Source: Vitreimonas sp. (GTDB lineage: Bacteria > Patescibacteriota > Microgenomatia > UBA1400 > PJMF01). From it: DNA of 64,000 bases. Positions 47,344 to 57,420 of this stretch are shown one piece after another. Every line of letters begins with the position of its first letter. The first letter of the stretch is position 1. Made by a program: the position numbers and the translations under genes. The DNA is taken from the NCBI GenBank assembly GCA_035627515.1, contig DASPLQ010000012.1:1276309-1340308 (forward strand), in the 5' to 3' direction. The notes beneath the pieces were generated by a model. The model had not been told where the DNA came from. It saw only the letters and a list, made by a program, of their open reading frames with translations, and made no database searches.

Positions 47344-48072
47344 ATGAAACTTCCCTTCCGGAAAATCATCCTTGGCTTGGTGATGAGTGGTATCACCCTC
47401 ATGCTTATATTAGTAGGCATTTATTACCTCAGTCGCTCACGAACCTGGCAACCATTTGGCAGACTAGTTCATCATGTCAATACCACCCAGAAGGTTGTGG
47501 CCTTAACTTTTGATGACGGCCCACGGCCAGAACATATCGACGAGATTCTTAAAGTTTTAGCAGACCATCAAGTTAAAGCTAGCTTCTATGTAATTGGTGA
47601 AGAAGTAGAAAGTAATCCCCAAGAAACAAAAGCTCTCGTGGCAGCTGGTCATGAGCTGGGCAATCACTCGTATTCTCACCAACGGATGATGTTTAAATCA
47701 TGGAATTTTATCCAAACTGAAATTGAAAAAACTGATGACCTGATTAAACAAGCTGGCTATCAAGATCGGATTGATTTTCGTCCACCTTACAGCAAAAAGT
47801 TGTTTTTATTGCCATACTATTTAGCTAAACATGATCGAAACACGATTATGGTTGATGTAGAACCTGAGTCTTATCCTGACATCGCTAATGATCCTCAAAA
47901 AATAACTCAACATGTACTGGATAACGTCCAACCTGGCTCAATTATTTTATTGCACCCTTGGTACACCAACCAAGCCAGCCGTGATGCAATTCCTGACATC
48001 ATTACTCAGCTTAAACAACAAGGTTATGAGTTTAAAACAGTCTCCGAGTTGATGACTTACGAGGGGAAGTAA
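47344..48072 (+). CDS. Polysaccharide deacetylase (NodB homology domain)
   Basis: An N-terminal TM helix precedes VALTFDDGP and HELGNHSYSH. Confidence 0.85.
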   Translation: MKLPFRKIILGLVMSGITLMLILVGIYYLSRSRTWQPFGRLVHHVNTTQKVVALTFDDGPRPEHIDEILKVLADHQVKASFYVIGEEVESNPQETKALVAAGHELGNHSYSHQRMMFKSWNFIQTEIEKTDDLIKQAGYQDRIDFRPPYSKKLFLLPYYLAKHDRNTIMVDVEPESYPDIANDPQKITQHVLDNVQPGSIILLHPWYTNQASRDAIPDIITQLKQQGYEFKTVSELMTYEGK

Positions 48073-48087
48073 CGCGAAACTTCACAG

Positions 48088-48780
48088 TTACTCAGTGATC
48101 TCAATAATCACATTGGGTTCCCAAAACATATTCATGTAAAACAAATCTCGCTGCAAAGCTGCAGGCAGTTCGGGAAACGCCGGGATTCGTGGTTTGCCTC
48201 GTTGATAGGTTTTAAGGTAAAAATGTACGAGTGATAACTTTTGAAAAGAATAAAGTGGTCGTTGAGGATAATGGCGTAACAGCTCTTGAATTAGTGCTGA
48301 ACCTAACCCTTGACCGCGAAATTCTTGCTTAGTAATAATGCTGACAATTTCCCAGCTGCCTTCAACCGGTAAGACTCTACCAGCCACGATAATGTGTCCA
48401 TGGCGTTTACCAATCAAAATATTTTCTAGTTGAGACGCTTGCAGTTGCTCAAGTGGGGAACTGTCTTCAATACTTTTTAAGTTAAAAGGATCTCTAACTA
48501 ATTGTCCAGCCGGTAGAATGGGTTGGTAATTTAAAATGCCTGTAGCTTGAATCTTAATATCATTTAAAATCTGAGGTGAAAATTGATGCGAGCTAGTGGC
48601 GGTATCTACAGCCCTCTGCCAATGGTTCTTAACACGTGCTTCACCTAAAGATGGAAACGCTTCATCAGCTGTAAGTTGTAGTCTGCGGACATCTAGTGAC
48701 TCAGCGTTAAGGAGGGTTAGTAATTGGGGAAGATCAGACAAGCTGGGGTGAGTAAAATGGAGGTCAGGAGTTAAGTTCAT
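48088..48780 (-). CDS. GNAT-family N-acetyltransferase domain protein
   Basis: The C-terminal acetyl-CoA motif reads EFRGQGLGSALIQELL. Confidence 0.55.
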   Translation of the reverse strand: MNLTPDLHFTHPSLSDLPQLLTLLNAESLDVRRLQLTADEAFPSLGEARVKNHWQRAVDTATSSHQFSPQILNDIKIQATGILNYQPILPAGQLVRDPFNLKSIEDSSPLEQLQASQLENILIGKRHGHIIVAGRVLPVEGSWEIVSIITKQEFRGQGLGSALIQELLRHYPQRPLYSFQKLSLVHFYLKTYQRGKPRIPAFPELPAALQRDLFYMNMFWEPNVIIEITE

Positions 48781-49424
48781 AAAGCCTTTTCGATTTCTTC
48801 TGCTTCATCAGAGTACCAATCATAAAAACCAGTGATATACGCCCAGGTTAAAATTGATTCCCGGAAAAACCGGCTGGTGCGAACTTTGAGAATCTGCCAT
48901 TGTGAATCACCTCGCACTGCTAATAAATCTAGATTATTAATGTTTAGCCCTGTTACGGCACTAATTTGGTTTTGGCACATTTTCAGCGCCCGGGGTAAAT
49001 GAAACTTTTGAGTGATTAAAATCACATCATCTAAAGCAGCGTCATGTAAGTGCCGGCAAGTGTCATTAGTATCAATTGTGACAGCCTTCTCCGGTACACC
49101 TCGGTCCATAATATATTTGGCAATCACTTCTGCTTCGGTATTGTGCCGATTATCACCTGAGACAAACAGCTGTTCGACTTTATGATTTTTAAACAGCATC
49201 ACTGCCGCCTCAGCTCTTTCCCGCGACACGTCACTTAACTGTTTATCATCGCTAACCTTGGCCCCAAACACCACGCCATGTCGCGCAGATGGCAATGAAT
49301 TGATATCATCAAAAATCTGCGGATGAGAACTCAAGATCAGTACCAATTGAGGTAAAGTCACTAGGAAAAGAATCACTGCTAATAAAAGTAGCCACCAAAC
49401 TAACCATTTTAGTAAAACACGCAT
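48777..49424 (-). CDS. DUF218 (YdcF/SanA/ElyC) family protein
   Basis: An N-terminal TM helix precedes GVVFGAKV...RAEAAVMLFKNHKVEQLFVSGDN. Confidence 0.65.
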   Translation of the reverse strand: MRVLLKWLVWWLLLLAVILFLVTLPQLVLILSSHPQIFDDINSLPSARHGVVFGAKVSDDKQLSDVSRERAEAAVMLFKNHKVEQLFVSGDNRHNTEAEVIAKYIMDRGVPEKAVTIDTNDTCRHLHDAALDDVILITQKFHLPRALKMCQNQISAVTGLNINNLDLLAVRGDSQWQILKVRTSRFFRESILTWAYITGFYDWYSDEAEEIEKAL

Positions 49425-49442
49425 TAAGGTCAGTATAACAGC

Positions 49443-49859
49443 TTACTTCAAGCGATTCAAAATACCGTGAACAAAACTAGGAAGATAACTGTTGATTTTG
49501 TCGATGTTATCTTCACGTCGTTTTTTATTTTCGTACTTTTTGATATCTTCGGAAATTGTCTCTGAAAGAGATAGGCTGAGTCGGGCTACAAAGTCATATT
49601 GCTGTGCATTCGGACGGAAAGTCACTGCTCTCATATCACTAATTTGAAACAATAATTGAAGTTGAAAGCGGTAAATACTTTCAGGCTGTCTCATATGTTT
49701 GTTAGCTAACTCAAGCCACTGTTTGTATTTCTGTTGTAAAACATCAATTGAAGGTTCAGCATCATACTGATAACGATGAATTAACTTTGGCAACTCTTGT
49801 TGCAAAGCGTACATTTCCTGGACTTCTTTTTGTTCTTGTGACTCGTGGCCGTACATCAT
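49443..49859 (-). CDS. Hypothetical protein
   Basis: This is a 138-aa helical ORF with no recognisable motif. Confidence 0.4.
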   Translation of the reverse strand: MMYGHESQEQKEVQEMYALQQELPKLIHRYQYDAEPSIDVLQQKYKQWLELANKHMRQPESIYRFQLQLLFQISDMRAVTFRPNAQQYDFVARLSLSLSETISEDIKKYENKKRREDNIDKINSYLPSFVHGILNRLK

Positions 49860-49912
49860 ACTTCTCCTACATAATAAGTAAGTAGGTCAAATTATATCAT
49901 TTAAGGAGGATT

Positions 49913-50500
49913 TTAATGTAATTGAATGTTAAAGGCCTGCCAATCATCCTGCATTTGTTGCCACCATGCTTCGCCCAGCTGGCGGCTAATCTCAAAATTT
50001 AATTTATGATACTTATCGATTTTACGTTGAATAGCCCAGTCTAAATTATTGTCTTTGGCCCAGTTGATAAACAGCATATATAAACGTTTATCTTTAAAAA
50101 AAGCAAGAGCGTCAGCATCTTTAATGATCTTCATCTCCACTGCTTCCGACTCAAAAAGAATTAAGGATTTAATCTGATCTAACTCTTCTGGCGATAAATC
50201 TAAATTTTTTAAGAATTCTTCACTGACTTGCCAATTAAATGACTCATGTTCAGTATGAAGAGTATCGTGATCAGCTGGGTACGTTTTACCGATATCATGA
50301 AGCAATGCAGAGATAGCTAACACTTTCTTGTTACACTCCAAGGTTTCAGCTATTTCCAAAGCCAAGTCTTTGACCGTACCACTATGTTCCGCCATCACCC
50401 TCCAATCATTAAAACTGAAATCTGGATGCTGCTTAAAAGCCTCATCAACGAAGCGCTGGGTTTGCAGTATGAGGGAATTAAAGTCTGACTTCATAATCAA
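49913..50500 (-). CDS. HD-domain phosphohydrolase
   Basis: The motif ALLHDIGK is present, with downstream H and D residues. Confidence 0.6.
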   Translation of the reverse strand: MIMKSDFNSLILQTQRFVDEAFKQHPDFSFNDWRVMAEHSGTVKDLALEIAETLECNKKVLAISALLHDIGKTYPADHDTLHTEHESFNWQVSEEFLKNLDLSPEELDQIKSLILFESEAVEMKIIKDADALAFFKDKRLYMLFINWAKDNNLDWAIQRKIDKYHKLNFEISRQLGEAWWQQMQDDWQAFNIQLH

Positions 50501-51100
50501 CTACTCCACGATTAATTGTAACAACTCAGGAAATTTTTCTGTCTTCATGTCATCCAAAATAAAGTGCCCATACCCAGGGAATTCTTGATAACCAATACCT
50601 TCAATACCGTTTCGCAAAATTGTCACTGTTTCTAAGACACTGGACTCGTCGTTGTCAGAGCCAAATATAGTGATACCAGCTGTGCGGGATACTAAGTGAG
50701 CATCAATCTCAAAATCATCAAAAAAATCCTGTGTTTGCGTTCTATCAGGATCTAACCAAGGGGCTACGAGTACTACTTTATCCACCTTCAATTCTGGATG
50801 AATACTCAAATACTTCACCCAAAAACCTGCACCGGTACTATGGCCAACTAAAATAGTGTCCTGGCCAATTTCCCATCGTTCGACTTCCTTTTTCCACACC
50901 GACCAATTACGATCATATGCCAACGGAATTTCAGGGGTGGCAGCTGCAATGTCATTTTTAAGCAACTGAGCCTGCAACCAAGGTAACCAATGTGCATTAC
51001 TCATACTAGGTGCCGCTGGATCATAATACTCTTCTCGAAATGGGCCACCGTGCAAAATAAGTGCGTTTTTCATAGGTGCAGTATACCAGGAGCTAATCAA
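50501..51100 (-). CDS. Alpha/beta-fold serine hydrolase (YdeN/RBBP9-like)
   Basis: The nucleophile elbow reads LVGHSTGAG, and the 199-aa length is typical of the family. Confidence 0.55.
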   Translation of the reverse strand: MISSWYTAPMKNALILHGGPFREEYYDPAAPSMSNAHWLPWLQAQLLKNDIAAATPEIPLAYDRNWSVWKKEVERWEIGQDTILVGHSTGAGFWVKYLSIHPELKVDKVVLVAPWLDPDRTQTQDFFDDFEIDAHLVSRTAGITIFGSDNDESSVLETVTILRNGIEGIGYQEFPGYGHFILDDMKTEKFPELLQLIVE

Positions 51101-51857
51101 TAAAACGAAAGCTGGAAAGCATCTTATCTACTTCCTGATCAACCTTCTGACGCTGATCAGCAGGAATATTTCCATCATTAATGCTAATAAACCAAATCTT
51201 TGAATCTTTTAATAAAAAATAAATTGAAGTTTGACTAAAGTGATTATCAAAACTTCGTCTGATGTTAAAACCTTTGACTGTATATTTACCCACTTTTTTT
51301 TCAGTATCAATAAACTCACTATTGCGTTTATCAAAACCGAACTTCCATTTCTTTATACATTCCAACTCCGTTTTACATTCCAGCGGACCAAATTTATTGC
51401 TAGGATTAATTTTAATACTGATAGCTACCCAAGAATTTTTGGGTTGCCGCTCAAAGCGCTCAATACAGATTTCATCCTGCCGTGCCAAGTCCAACTCTTC
51501 ACTACACCGACGAGGCTGGTATGTATTGAGATAACGAAGTTGGTAATTATGCTTAATATTGGTATAGGTTAGAAAATCACTAGGCAAAACAAACACATCA
51601 CTTAAATTTAAGATGACTCTGACTCCTAAATTAATGACATCGGGAGCAATCCCTTGTTCGGCCTTTTTCTTCCAAATAAAACCATCGGTATAAAAACGTT
51701 CAACAACTCCCATTAAAAGAGCTTGTTGCTTAAATTGGAGTATTTCATTTGTTGATGGCGATTGAGCTTGAAGCTGAGTGAGAGGGAGAAGCGTAAAACT
51801 AAAAATAAGTATATTAACTATTATAATTTGAAATACTTTTTTTAAATGTGATCCCAT
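51093..51857 (-). CDS. Secreted hypothetical protein
   Basis: There is an N-terminal signal peptide with a QAQS cleavage context. The ORF is AT-rich. Confidence 0.4.
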   Translation of the reverse strand: MGSHLKKVFQIIIVNILIFSFTLLPLTQLQAQSPSTNEILQFKQQALLMGVVERFYTDGFIWKKKAEQGIAPDVINLGVRVILNLSDVFVLPSDFLTYTNIKHNYQLRYLNTYQPRRCSEELDLARQDEICIERFERQPKNSWVAISIKINPSNKFGPLECKTELECIKKWKFGFDKRNSEFIDTEKKVGKYTVKGFNIRRSFDNHFSQTSIYFLLKDSKIWFISINDGNIPADQRQKVDQEVDKMLSSFRFID

Positions 51858-51859
51858 AT

Positions 51860-52342
51860 TTAGTGAGTTGCTTCTCGTACCATATCTAAAATCGGCTGAT
51901 GAAGAAACTTCAATGTCAAACCATTGTCGAAGTTGAACTTTAAATGTGGGAAATCTGCACGATTCATGGAGCTGGTATCCCAGTTAAGGTGCGGGTATTT
52001 TTCTATCAGGATTTGAAAGTCTTGAGGCCAAATAAACTCTGCATGTTGAAACATAGAGTCACAGGTTTGGTCAGGACGAGGCTCGACGAGCTCTATCGCA
52101 TTAATTGTATAGTTTTTATATTTTAGGGGCTGATGAAGTTCAAAAATTCCCACCCGTCTACCGCCTACCATTTCTTCACTCACTTCTTTACCTTGTTTCA
52201 TAAAACTCGGCTTTAAAGCGTCATAATCTTGGGCCGAAGCTGCTTGATAAGCAATATGATCCAACGTTAGCTGAGAAATATCTATGCCGAGATGAGAAAT
52301 TTGTTCAAAAAAAGAATCTAAAAACGCTTGGGAACCCTGCAT
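51860..52342 (-). CDS. Hypothetical protein, possibly VOC/YecM-like
   Basis: The 160-aa protein has a DHIAY motif. The family assignment is weak. Confidence 0.3.
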   Translation of the reverse strand: MQGSQAFLDSFFEQISHLGIDISQLTLDHIAYQAASAQDYDALKPSFMKQGKEVSEEMVGGRRVGIFELHQPLKYKNYTINAIELVEPRPDQTCDSMFQHAEFIWPQDFQILIEKYPHLNWDTSSMNRADFPHLKFNFDNGLTLKFLHQPILDMVREATH

Positions 52343-52384
52343 AGCTTCGATTATACCTTGGGAATAGCTATTGAGAAGACTTTT

Positions 52385-53572
52385 TTAAAACGCAGATTCT
52401 TTGTTAACCCCTGGGCGTAAAACGCGAAATGAGAGCAAGAAACAAATAAGAACTAAGCAACTGCCCACTAAAAAAGGTAACGGCACAAAATAGGTGGCGA
52501 CAGTACCTCCTAAAATCGGGCCAATAATCATGCCAATACTTTGATACGAAGCGTTCAAACCCATAATCGTGCCTTGTGATTTAGCGTCAGTTTCTTGCGA
52601 CAGGATAGTGGGGATGAGGGTCTGGACCACACTATTAAAGAGTGCCAAGATAATAGAAGCTACTACAAAGACTGGTAAAGTCCGCGACACAAACATGATG
52701 GCAAATGAGAGGGCGGTAAACAGCATGCCGCTATTAAAGGCTTTCTTCATCCCAAACATCTTGGAGATTCGTCCTACCACAAAGGTCTGAGATAAAAAGC
52801 CCACCAGACCAAACATGGTGAATAGCATCGAATTTTGTTCTTCAGAAATCTTCAAGACATTCATTGTGAAAGGTTGGAAACCATACATAATCGCACAGGA
52901 AAAAGCCAAGAAATATACTAGTGAGATTAAAAAGGTGGTACCCACATTAGGGTCAAACAAGGTATGCCACATTTTGGCAAAATCAAACAATTTACCCTTT
53001 TTAACTTCACCCAAATGAGTATTGGTTTCCGGTAAATATAAAGCAGTCAGTACAGTAGCCAACATCGTAATAGCCGCAGCAATGATAAAAGGCACTTCAG
53101 CACCATATTGAATGGTCATAGCCGAAATTGCTGGTCCAAAAATGAAACCAAAACTAAAGGCTGCTCCAATTAAGCCAAAAGCTTTAGCCCGCTCTTTGAT
53201 ATCTGCAGTGTCAGAAACGACCGCAAAAATCACTGGCACATTGCCAGCAGTCAAGCCATCCAAACCTCGGGCAATAAATAAGAAAATGGCGTGGGGAGCA
53301 AAGGCCATCATCAAAAACGAAATCGCTGTTCCCGTAATCGAACCTAACAACAGAGGCCGGCGACCATACTTATCAGATAACCGACCAATAATGGGTGTGG
53401 CAATAAACTGACACACAGAAAAAATAGCGAATAGTAAACCGTTTTGAAAATCACTCAAACCAAACTTATGAGAATACGAGTAGAGAATAGGGATCACGAT
53501 CCCATACCCTAGCATATTCACCATAGCGATCAACGAGACGATTAAAACAGTGCGATTATTGCCTTTGAGCAT
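52385..53572 (-). CDS. MFS transporter
   Basis: It has twelve TM helices and the MFS motif A GRLSDKYGRRP after TM2. Confidence 0.85.
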   Translation of the reverse strand: MLKGNNRTVLIVSLIAMVNMLGYGIVIPILYSYSHKFGLSDFQNGLLFAIFSVCQFIATPIIGRLSDKYGRRPLLLGSITGTAISFLMMAFAPHAIFLFIARGLDGLTAGNVPVIFAVVSDTADIKERAKAFGLIGAAFSFGFIFGPAISAMTIQYGAEVPFIIAAAITMLATVLTALYLPETNTHLGEVKKGKLFDFAKMWHTLFDPNVGTTFLISLVYFLAFSCAIMYGFQPFTMNVLKISEEQNSMLFTMFGLVGFLSQTFVVGRISKMFGMKKAFNSGMLFTALSFAIMFVSRTLPVFVVASIILALFNSVVQTLIPTILSQETDAKSQGTIMGLNASYQSIGMIIGPILGGTVATYFVPLPFLVGSCLVLICFLLSFRVLRPGVNKESAF

Positions 53573-53627
53573 AAGGGTTTATTGTAGCATTATCTGAGTA
53601 AAATTGTTTAGATAGCCTAGTTATTAT

Positions 53628-54491
53628 TTAAAACTGCTGATAATACAGTGGATCAATCCACACTAAGCTGCCATCAGGTTTTTGAATAAAGTTTTTGAGT
53701 CTGATAATGTTCTCCTCAGCATGAAGAACATCAGGGGTTATTTTTTTCCACAATGGGTTGTTATCGCGTTGCTGAGAAGCAATATAATTTGCCACCACAT
53801 CATGTAGCTCGAACGCTCTTCCAGCTCGTTGTTGAAATGCTTCAGCCTCAGTCATGGGGGAATTAACAAAACAATCTAAAATAGGATGTTTTCCTTCAAT
53901 ATATTCTACACAGAGTACTTGTCCGGTAGAAAAATAATACGTAGGAAAGCTAATACCTAACCGTTTAAAATCTTCAGCCAAATCAGCTTGTAAAGCCGAT
54001 ACTTGCAACATTTCATTAATCAATGGTTGGTTGCCATCAAAGTCAAATTCATGAAGTTCATTCGGCAGGTTTCGCTTGATGATTAACGTTCTATCGGGCA
54101 AAACCAGTTGGTAAACCATTGAGAAACCACCACACCCTAAATATCTCATGCGACGATTATTACCCAGCTTAAGGGATTTTAGTGTTCGCCCATCTGGCAT
54201 TTCCTCTACTTCATATTCATGAGTAGATCTGAAGAATCTTATCAAATCAACCAAACCATACTCAATATCTTGGAGTAAATGAGAGTTATTTTTGAGGAGT
54301 GCTTCACCCGCTGGAGAAACTAACAACCCCGCTTTAACCATGTCCTCTTCTTTGTCCACATAAGCCAGTTCTGGAGAAGTAAACAATCGATTACCATGAC
54401 GATCACGTAAGTTAGTTTCCCTCACAAAGTGCTTTACTTGTGACTCAGACTCTTTAAATAATTGGGAAGCAAAAGTGGATTCTCTAGACAT
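53628..54491 (-). CDS. Atypical protein-kinase-like fold protein (Kdo-kinase/RIO/Bud32-like)
   Basis: The Gly-rich loop reads LGCGGFSMVYQ, the VAIK Lys is LIIKRN, the hinge reads CVEYIEG, the catalytic-loop-like segment reads LHDVVANYI and a DFG-like WIDP follows. An N-terminal extension of about 110 aa precedes the kinase-like region. Confidence 0.45.
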   Translation of the reverse strand: MSRESTFASQLFKESESQVKHFVRETNLRDRHGNRLFTSPELAYVDKEEDMVKAGLLVSPAGEALLKNNSHLLQDIEYGLVDLIRFFRSTHEYEVEEMPDGRTLKSLKLGNNRRMRYLGCGGFSMVYQLVLPDRTLIIKRNLPNELHEFDFDGNQPLINEMLQVSALQADLAEDFKRLGISFPTYYFSTGQVLCVEYIEGKHPILDCFVNSPMTEAEAFQQRAGRAFELHDVVANYIASQQRDNNPLWKKITPDVLHAEENIIRLKNFIQKPDGSLVWIDPLYYQQF

Positions 54492-54537
54492 AAAGCGTTT
54501 GAGTACAGAAGGATATTATACAACTTGAGAAAAATGT

Positions 54538-55503
54538 CTAGCTTTTCTGTGCCCAAATACAAATAGTTTCACCTTTACCAATCGCTGCACCGACCATGGC
54601 CAAGCCACCTGCCATACCTTTGAAAAGGAGTTTAGCAATTTCTTTTGTCATAGAAGGAGAGTGTGAGAGTGAGACTTGGCTGGCTTTTTCCACTCGCCCT
54701 CCGCTCGGTTTTTTTTCAAATTTGGGTGATAACTTCATCCGAAAACTCTCAAATAAAGCTGCGTAGTTATGGACCCAGTATTTATGACTAATGCCACCAA
54801 CCCTAAAACCCTGCTGCTCTAACATTTTACTCAACGTGATAGGTGAAAAATGATAAAGGTGGCGTGGTGGCTGCAAAGCGTACCAGTCTTTACCAAAAAG
54901 TGTGAAACCTAGACTTTCGATATTGGGTACCGTCACGACTACTAACCCACCTTTTTTGAGGACCTTGTAGACAGCCCGCAACGTTTTAGCTGGATCATAG
55001 AGGTGCTCTAACGCATTATTGAGGGTGACCACATCCACTGAGCGAGCGGGAAACATAAAATCTAAAAAATCACCTTGGTGCATCTTAATTTTAAACATAC
55101 GCTGGCCAAACTTGACGGCATCTTTAGAAAGTTCGATGCCCTCTGCTTGCCAACCCAGTTCTTTAAACTTTGATAAAAATATTCCCGTCCCAGCTCCAAT
55201 GTCTACAATTCGACCGCCACTTTTTTTGGATAAAACCACTCGGTAAAGAAAATCATAGGCATCCTCACGCTCTCGCTGCAGCTGTGACAACATATCTTTT
55301 GTTTTCATGTCTCTACCCCAATACGATTGAGTAGGGTAGTACTGACCAATTTGAGTGCGAGTAGGACGTGGGTTCAAGTACACCAGCTGGCAACGCTGGC
55401 ACTTTACCACAGTAAAGCTCCCTTCATGTTCCCAGGAAGTGACATTTTTTAAAAAGGGTCGTGCTGATTTTGAGTGACAGTAATTGCAGGCGATTGATTC
55501 CAT
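54538..55503 (-). CDS. Class I SAM-dependent methyltransferase with N-terminal zinc ribbon
   Basis: The zinc ribbon reads CNYC...CQRC, and the SAM-binding motif reads IVDIGAGTGIF. Confidence 0.7.
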   Translation of the reverse strand: MESIACNYCHSKSARPFLKNVTSWEHEGSFTVVKCQRCQLVYLNPRPTRTQIGQYYPTQSYWGRDMKTKDMLSQLQREREDAYDFLYRVVLSKKSGGRIVDIGAGTGIFLSKFKELGWQAEGIELSKDAVKFGQRMFKIKMHQGDFLDFMFPARSVDVVTLNNALEHLYDPAKTLRAVYKVLKKGGLVVVTVPNIESLGFTLFGKDWYALQPPRHLYHFSPITLSKMLEQQGFRVGGISHKYWVHNYAALFESFRMKLSPKFEKKPSGGRVEKASQVSLSHSPSMTKEIAKLLFKGMAGGLAMVGAAIGKGETICIWAQKS

Positions 55504-55524
55504 ACCCAGAATTATACAATCACT

Positions 55525-56655
55525 GTGTTAAAAGCTAGAGTTATAATGCCACTCATGACCGAAAAAGACCGGCACGTAGATCCACAGATCATTAGCTCTA
55601 AATATACACTTCCTTCTAATGCTTCGTATGAATCATTAATCGCTACCTATGGTGGTAAAGCTGCTGGCTTACTATGGGTAAAAAAACATTTACCAGAAAT
55701 TCCGATGGCGAAGATGCTCGCACTTCCCGCCGGTGTTTCGCTGAATCAAACACTCAATGCTATTTTCGCTCAGGGTTTAAACTTTCCCATCTTAGTTCGG
55801 TCCAGCTCACCTTTAGATAATTTGCCTGGTTACGAGGGAGTTTTTCCTACATTGCCCGCAGATACTGAGTTAGAACTATCATCAGCCATTCATCACATCA
55901 AAAGCAGTTATCCTGATCAAGAAGGGCCAGTTATCATCGCTGAAAAATCACCTGGAAAGTTAGTAGGAACATTAGTAGCTCACCCCAACCAGGATAATTA
56001 CTTCATTGCCATTGTTAAAGACCCCTATGACACTTATGCCTTATTTTTTGTAAAAGGTGGGCAAGTGCATCGATCTATTGGCTACTCAATGATTAGTAGT
56101 AAAAATGTTATTCCTCCACAAACAACCGAAATCATTCAGCAAGTAGTTGAGCTATATAGCAAAATTATTTCCTTACCAAGCTTCTCGCAAAGTATGACAT
56201 ACCAAATAGAGTTTGGTGTTGATCCCTTTCTTTTCTTCCAAGTGCGAGACTTCTTGCCTGTACAGAAAGCTGGTTTCGAGATCCCTGATGAGGAAGCCGA
56301 AGCTTATCTAGATTATGACTCACCTAATATTGTCTTTGGCCTTACTCCTGAGGCTGGCTTAACTGCCCGAGTTAATCAGCAAACTCGAGATGGTGAGCTA
56401 GGAGCGTTTATGGGCGAAGTCGGTGATGTCAGATTTTTGAAGAGTACTTTTGCGTTATACCTCATAAAAAATGCCGGCACTATTCTAGGACACGAGGAGA
56501 TTCGAGCTATCAGACAATCACAACTCACAGTCTACGATAGTAGGCTTGTGTGGATCGATCCAGATACCAGCACAGAAACAAACATTAAAACCAATGATAG
56601 GGTGAGAGTAATAAGTGATGGCATGCGAGCAAAGGTGGAAAAAATTAACCCTTAA
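55525..56655 (+). CDS. PEP-utilising-enzyme N-terminal (PPDK_N, ATP-grasp-like) domain protein
   Basis: YGGKAAGLLWV resembles the GGKGANLGEM motif of PEP synthase and PPDK N-termini. At 376 aa it is a stand-alone domain. Confidence 0.5.
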   Translation: MLKARVIMPLMTEKDRHVDPQIISSKYTLPSNASYESLIATYGGKAAGLLWVKKHLPEIPMAKMLALPAGVSLNQTLNAIFAQGLNFPILVRSSSPLDNLPGYEGVFPTLPADTELELSSAIHHIKSSYPDQEGPVIIAEKSPGKLVGTLVAHPNQDNYFIAIVKDPYDTYALFFVKGGQVHRSIGYSMISSKNVIPPQTTEIIQQVVELYSKIISLPSFSQSMTYQIEFGVDPFLFFQVRDFLPVQKAGFEIPDEEAEAYLDYDSPNIVFGLTPEAGLTARVNQQTRDGELGAFMGEVGDVRFLKSTFALYLIKNAGTILGHEEIRAIRQSQLTVYDSRLVWIDPDTSTETNIKTNDRVRVISDGMRAKVEKINP

Positions 56656-56703
56656 CAGTCCATATCACGAATAACGATAATAATATATTGACATTCGATA
56701 AAT

Positions 56704-57201
56704 TTGTACCTACAATACAAATATATGAAACGTGGCTCTACGTCCTTCCTCAAAGTTGTCATTTTACTTATCGCACTGGTGGCTCTGGCGGTCATGATTC
56801 GGTTTCCACAGACCGAAGGGCGAGCCGCTAATCTAGATCTCATCAGTATTTATAAAGATCCGTTCATCATCTACATGTATGTCGCCTCAATGCCCTTTTT
56901 TGTAGCACTTTTTCAAGCCTTCAAGCTATTAGGGTATGTTGATAAAAACAACATTTTTTCACAATTAGCAGTACAAGCAGTTCGCAATATAAAATACTGT
57001 GCGTTAGCTAGCATGGGTTTTTTAGTGGGAGCTATTCTTTATATTCAGATGATGGCCCAAGGTGAGGATCCCGCTGGTCCCACTATGGTAGCGTTGATCA
57101 CCATTTTCACTTTAGTAGTGATCGCCACTGCAGCAGCTGTATTTCAAAAGCTTCTCCAAAATGCAGTAGACATCAAATCCGAAAATGACTTAACAGTGTA
57201 G
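56704..57201 (+). CDS. DUF2975-like membrane protein
   Basis: It has four TM helices and lies immediately upstream of a small XRE HTH regulator, a known pairing. Confidence 0.5.
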   Translation: MYLQYKYMKRGSTSFLKVVILLIALVALAVMIRFPQTEGRAANLDLISIYKDPFIIYMYVASMPFFVALFQAFKLLGYVDKNNIFSQLAVQAVRNIKYCALASMGFLVGAILYIQMMAQGEDPAGPTMVALITIFTLVVIATAAAVFQKLLQNAVDIKSENDLTV

Positions 57202-57210
57202 GGAACAGTT

Positions 57211-57420
57211 ATGGCAATAATAATCACTATTGACGTTATGTTGGCAAAGCGAAAAATGAGCGTCACTGAACTCTCAGAAAAAGTAGGGATTACTCTCGCT
57301 AATCTTTCTATTCTCAAAACCGGCAAAGCCAAAGCCATTCGCTTATCTACTTTAGAAGCAATTTGCAAAGCGTTAGATTGCCAACCGGGAGATGTTTTGG
57401 AGTATAGAGGTGAGAACTAA
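57211..57420 (+). CDS. XRE-family (Cro/C1-type) HTH transcriptional regulator, YozG-like
   Basis: The 69-aa protein contains the helix-turn-helix segment MSVTELSEKVGITLANLSILKTGKAKAIRLSTLEAICKALDCQPGD. Confidence 0.8.
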   Translation: MAIIITIDVMLAKRKMSVTELSEKVGITLANLSILKTGKAKAIRLSTLEAICKALDCQPGDVLEYRGEN

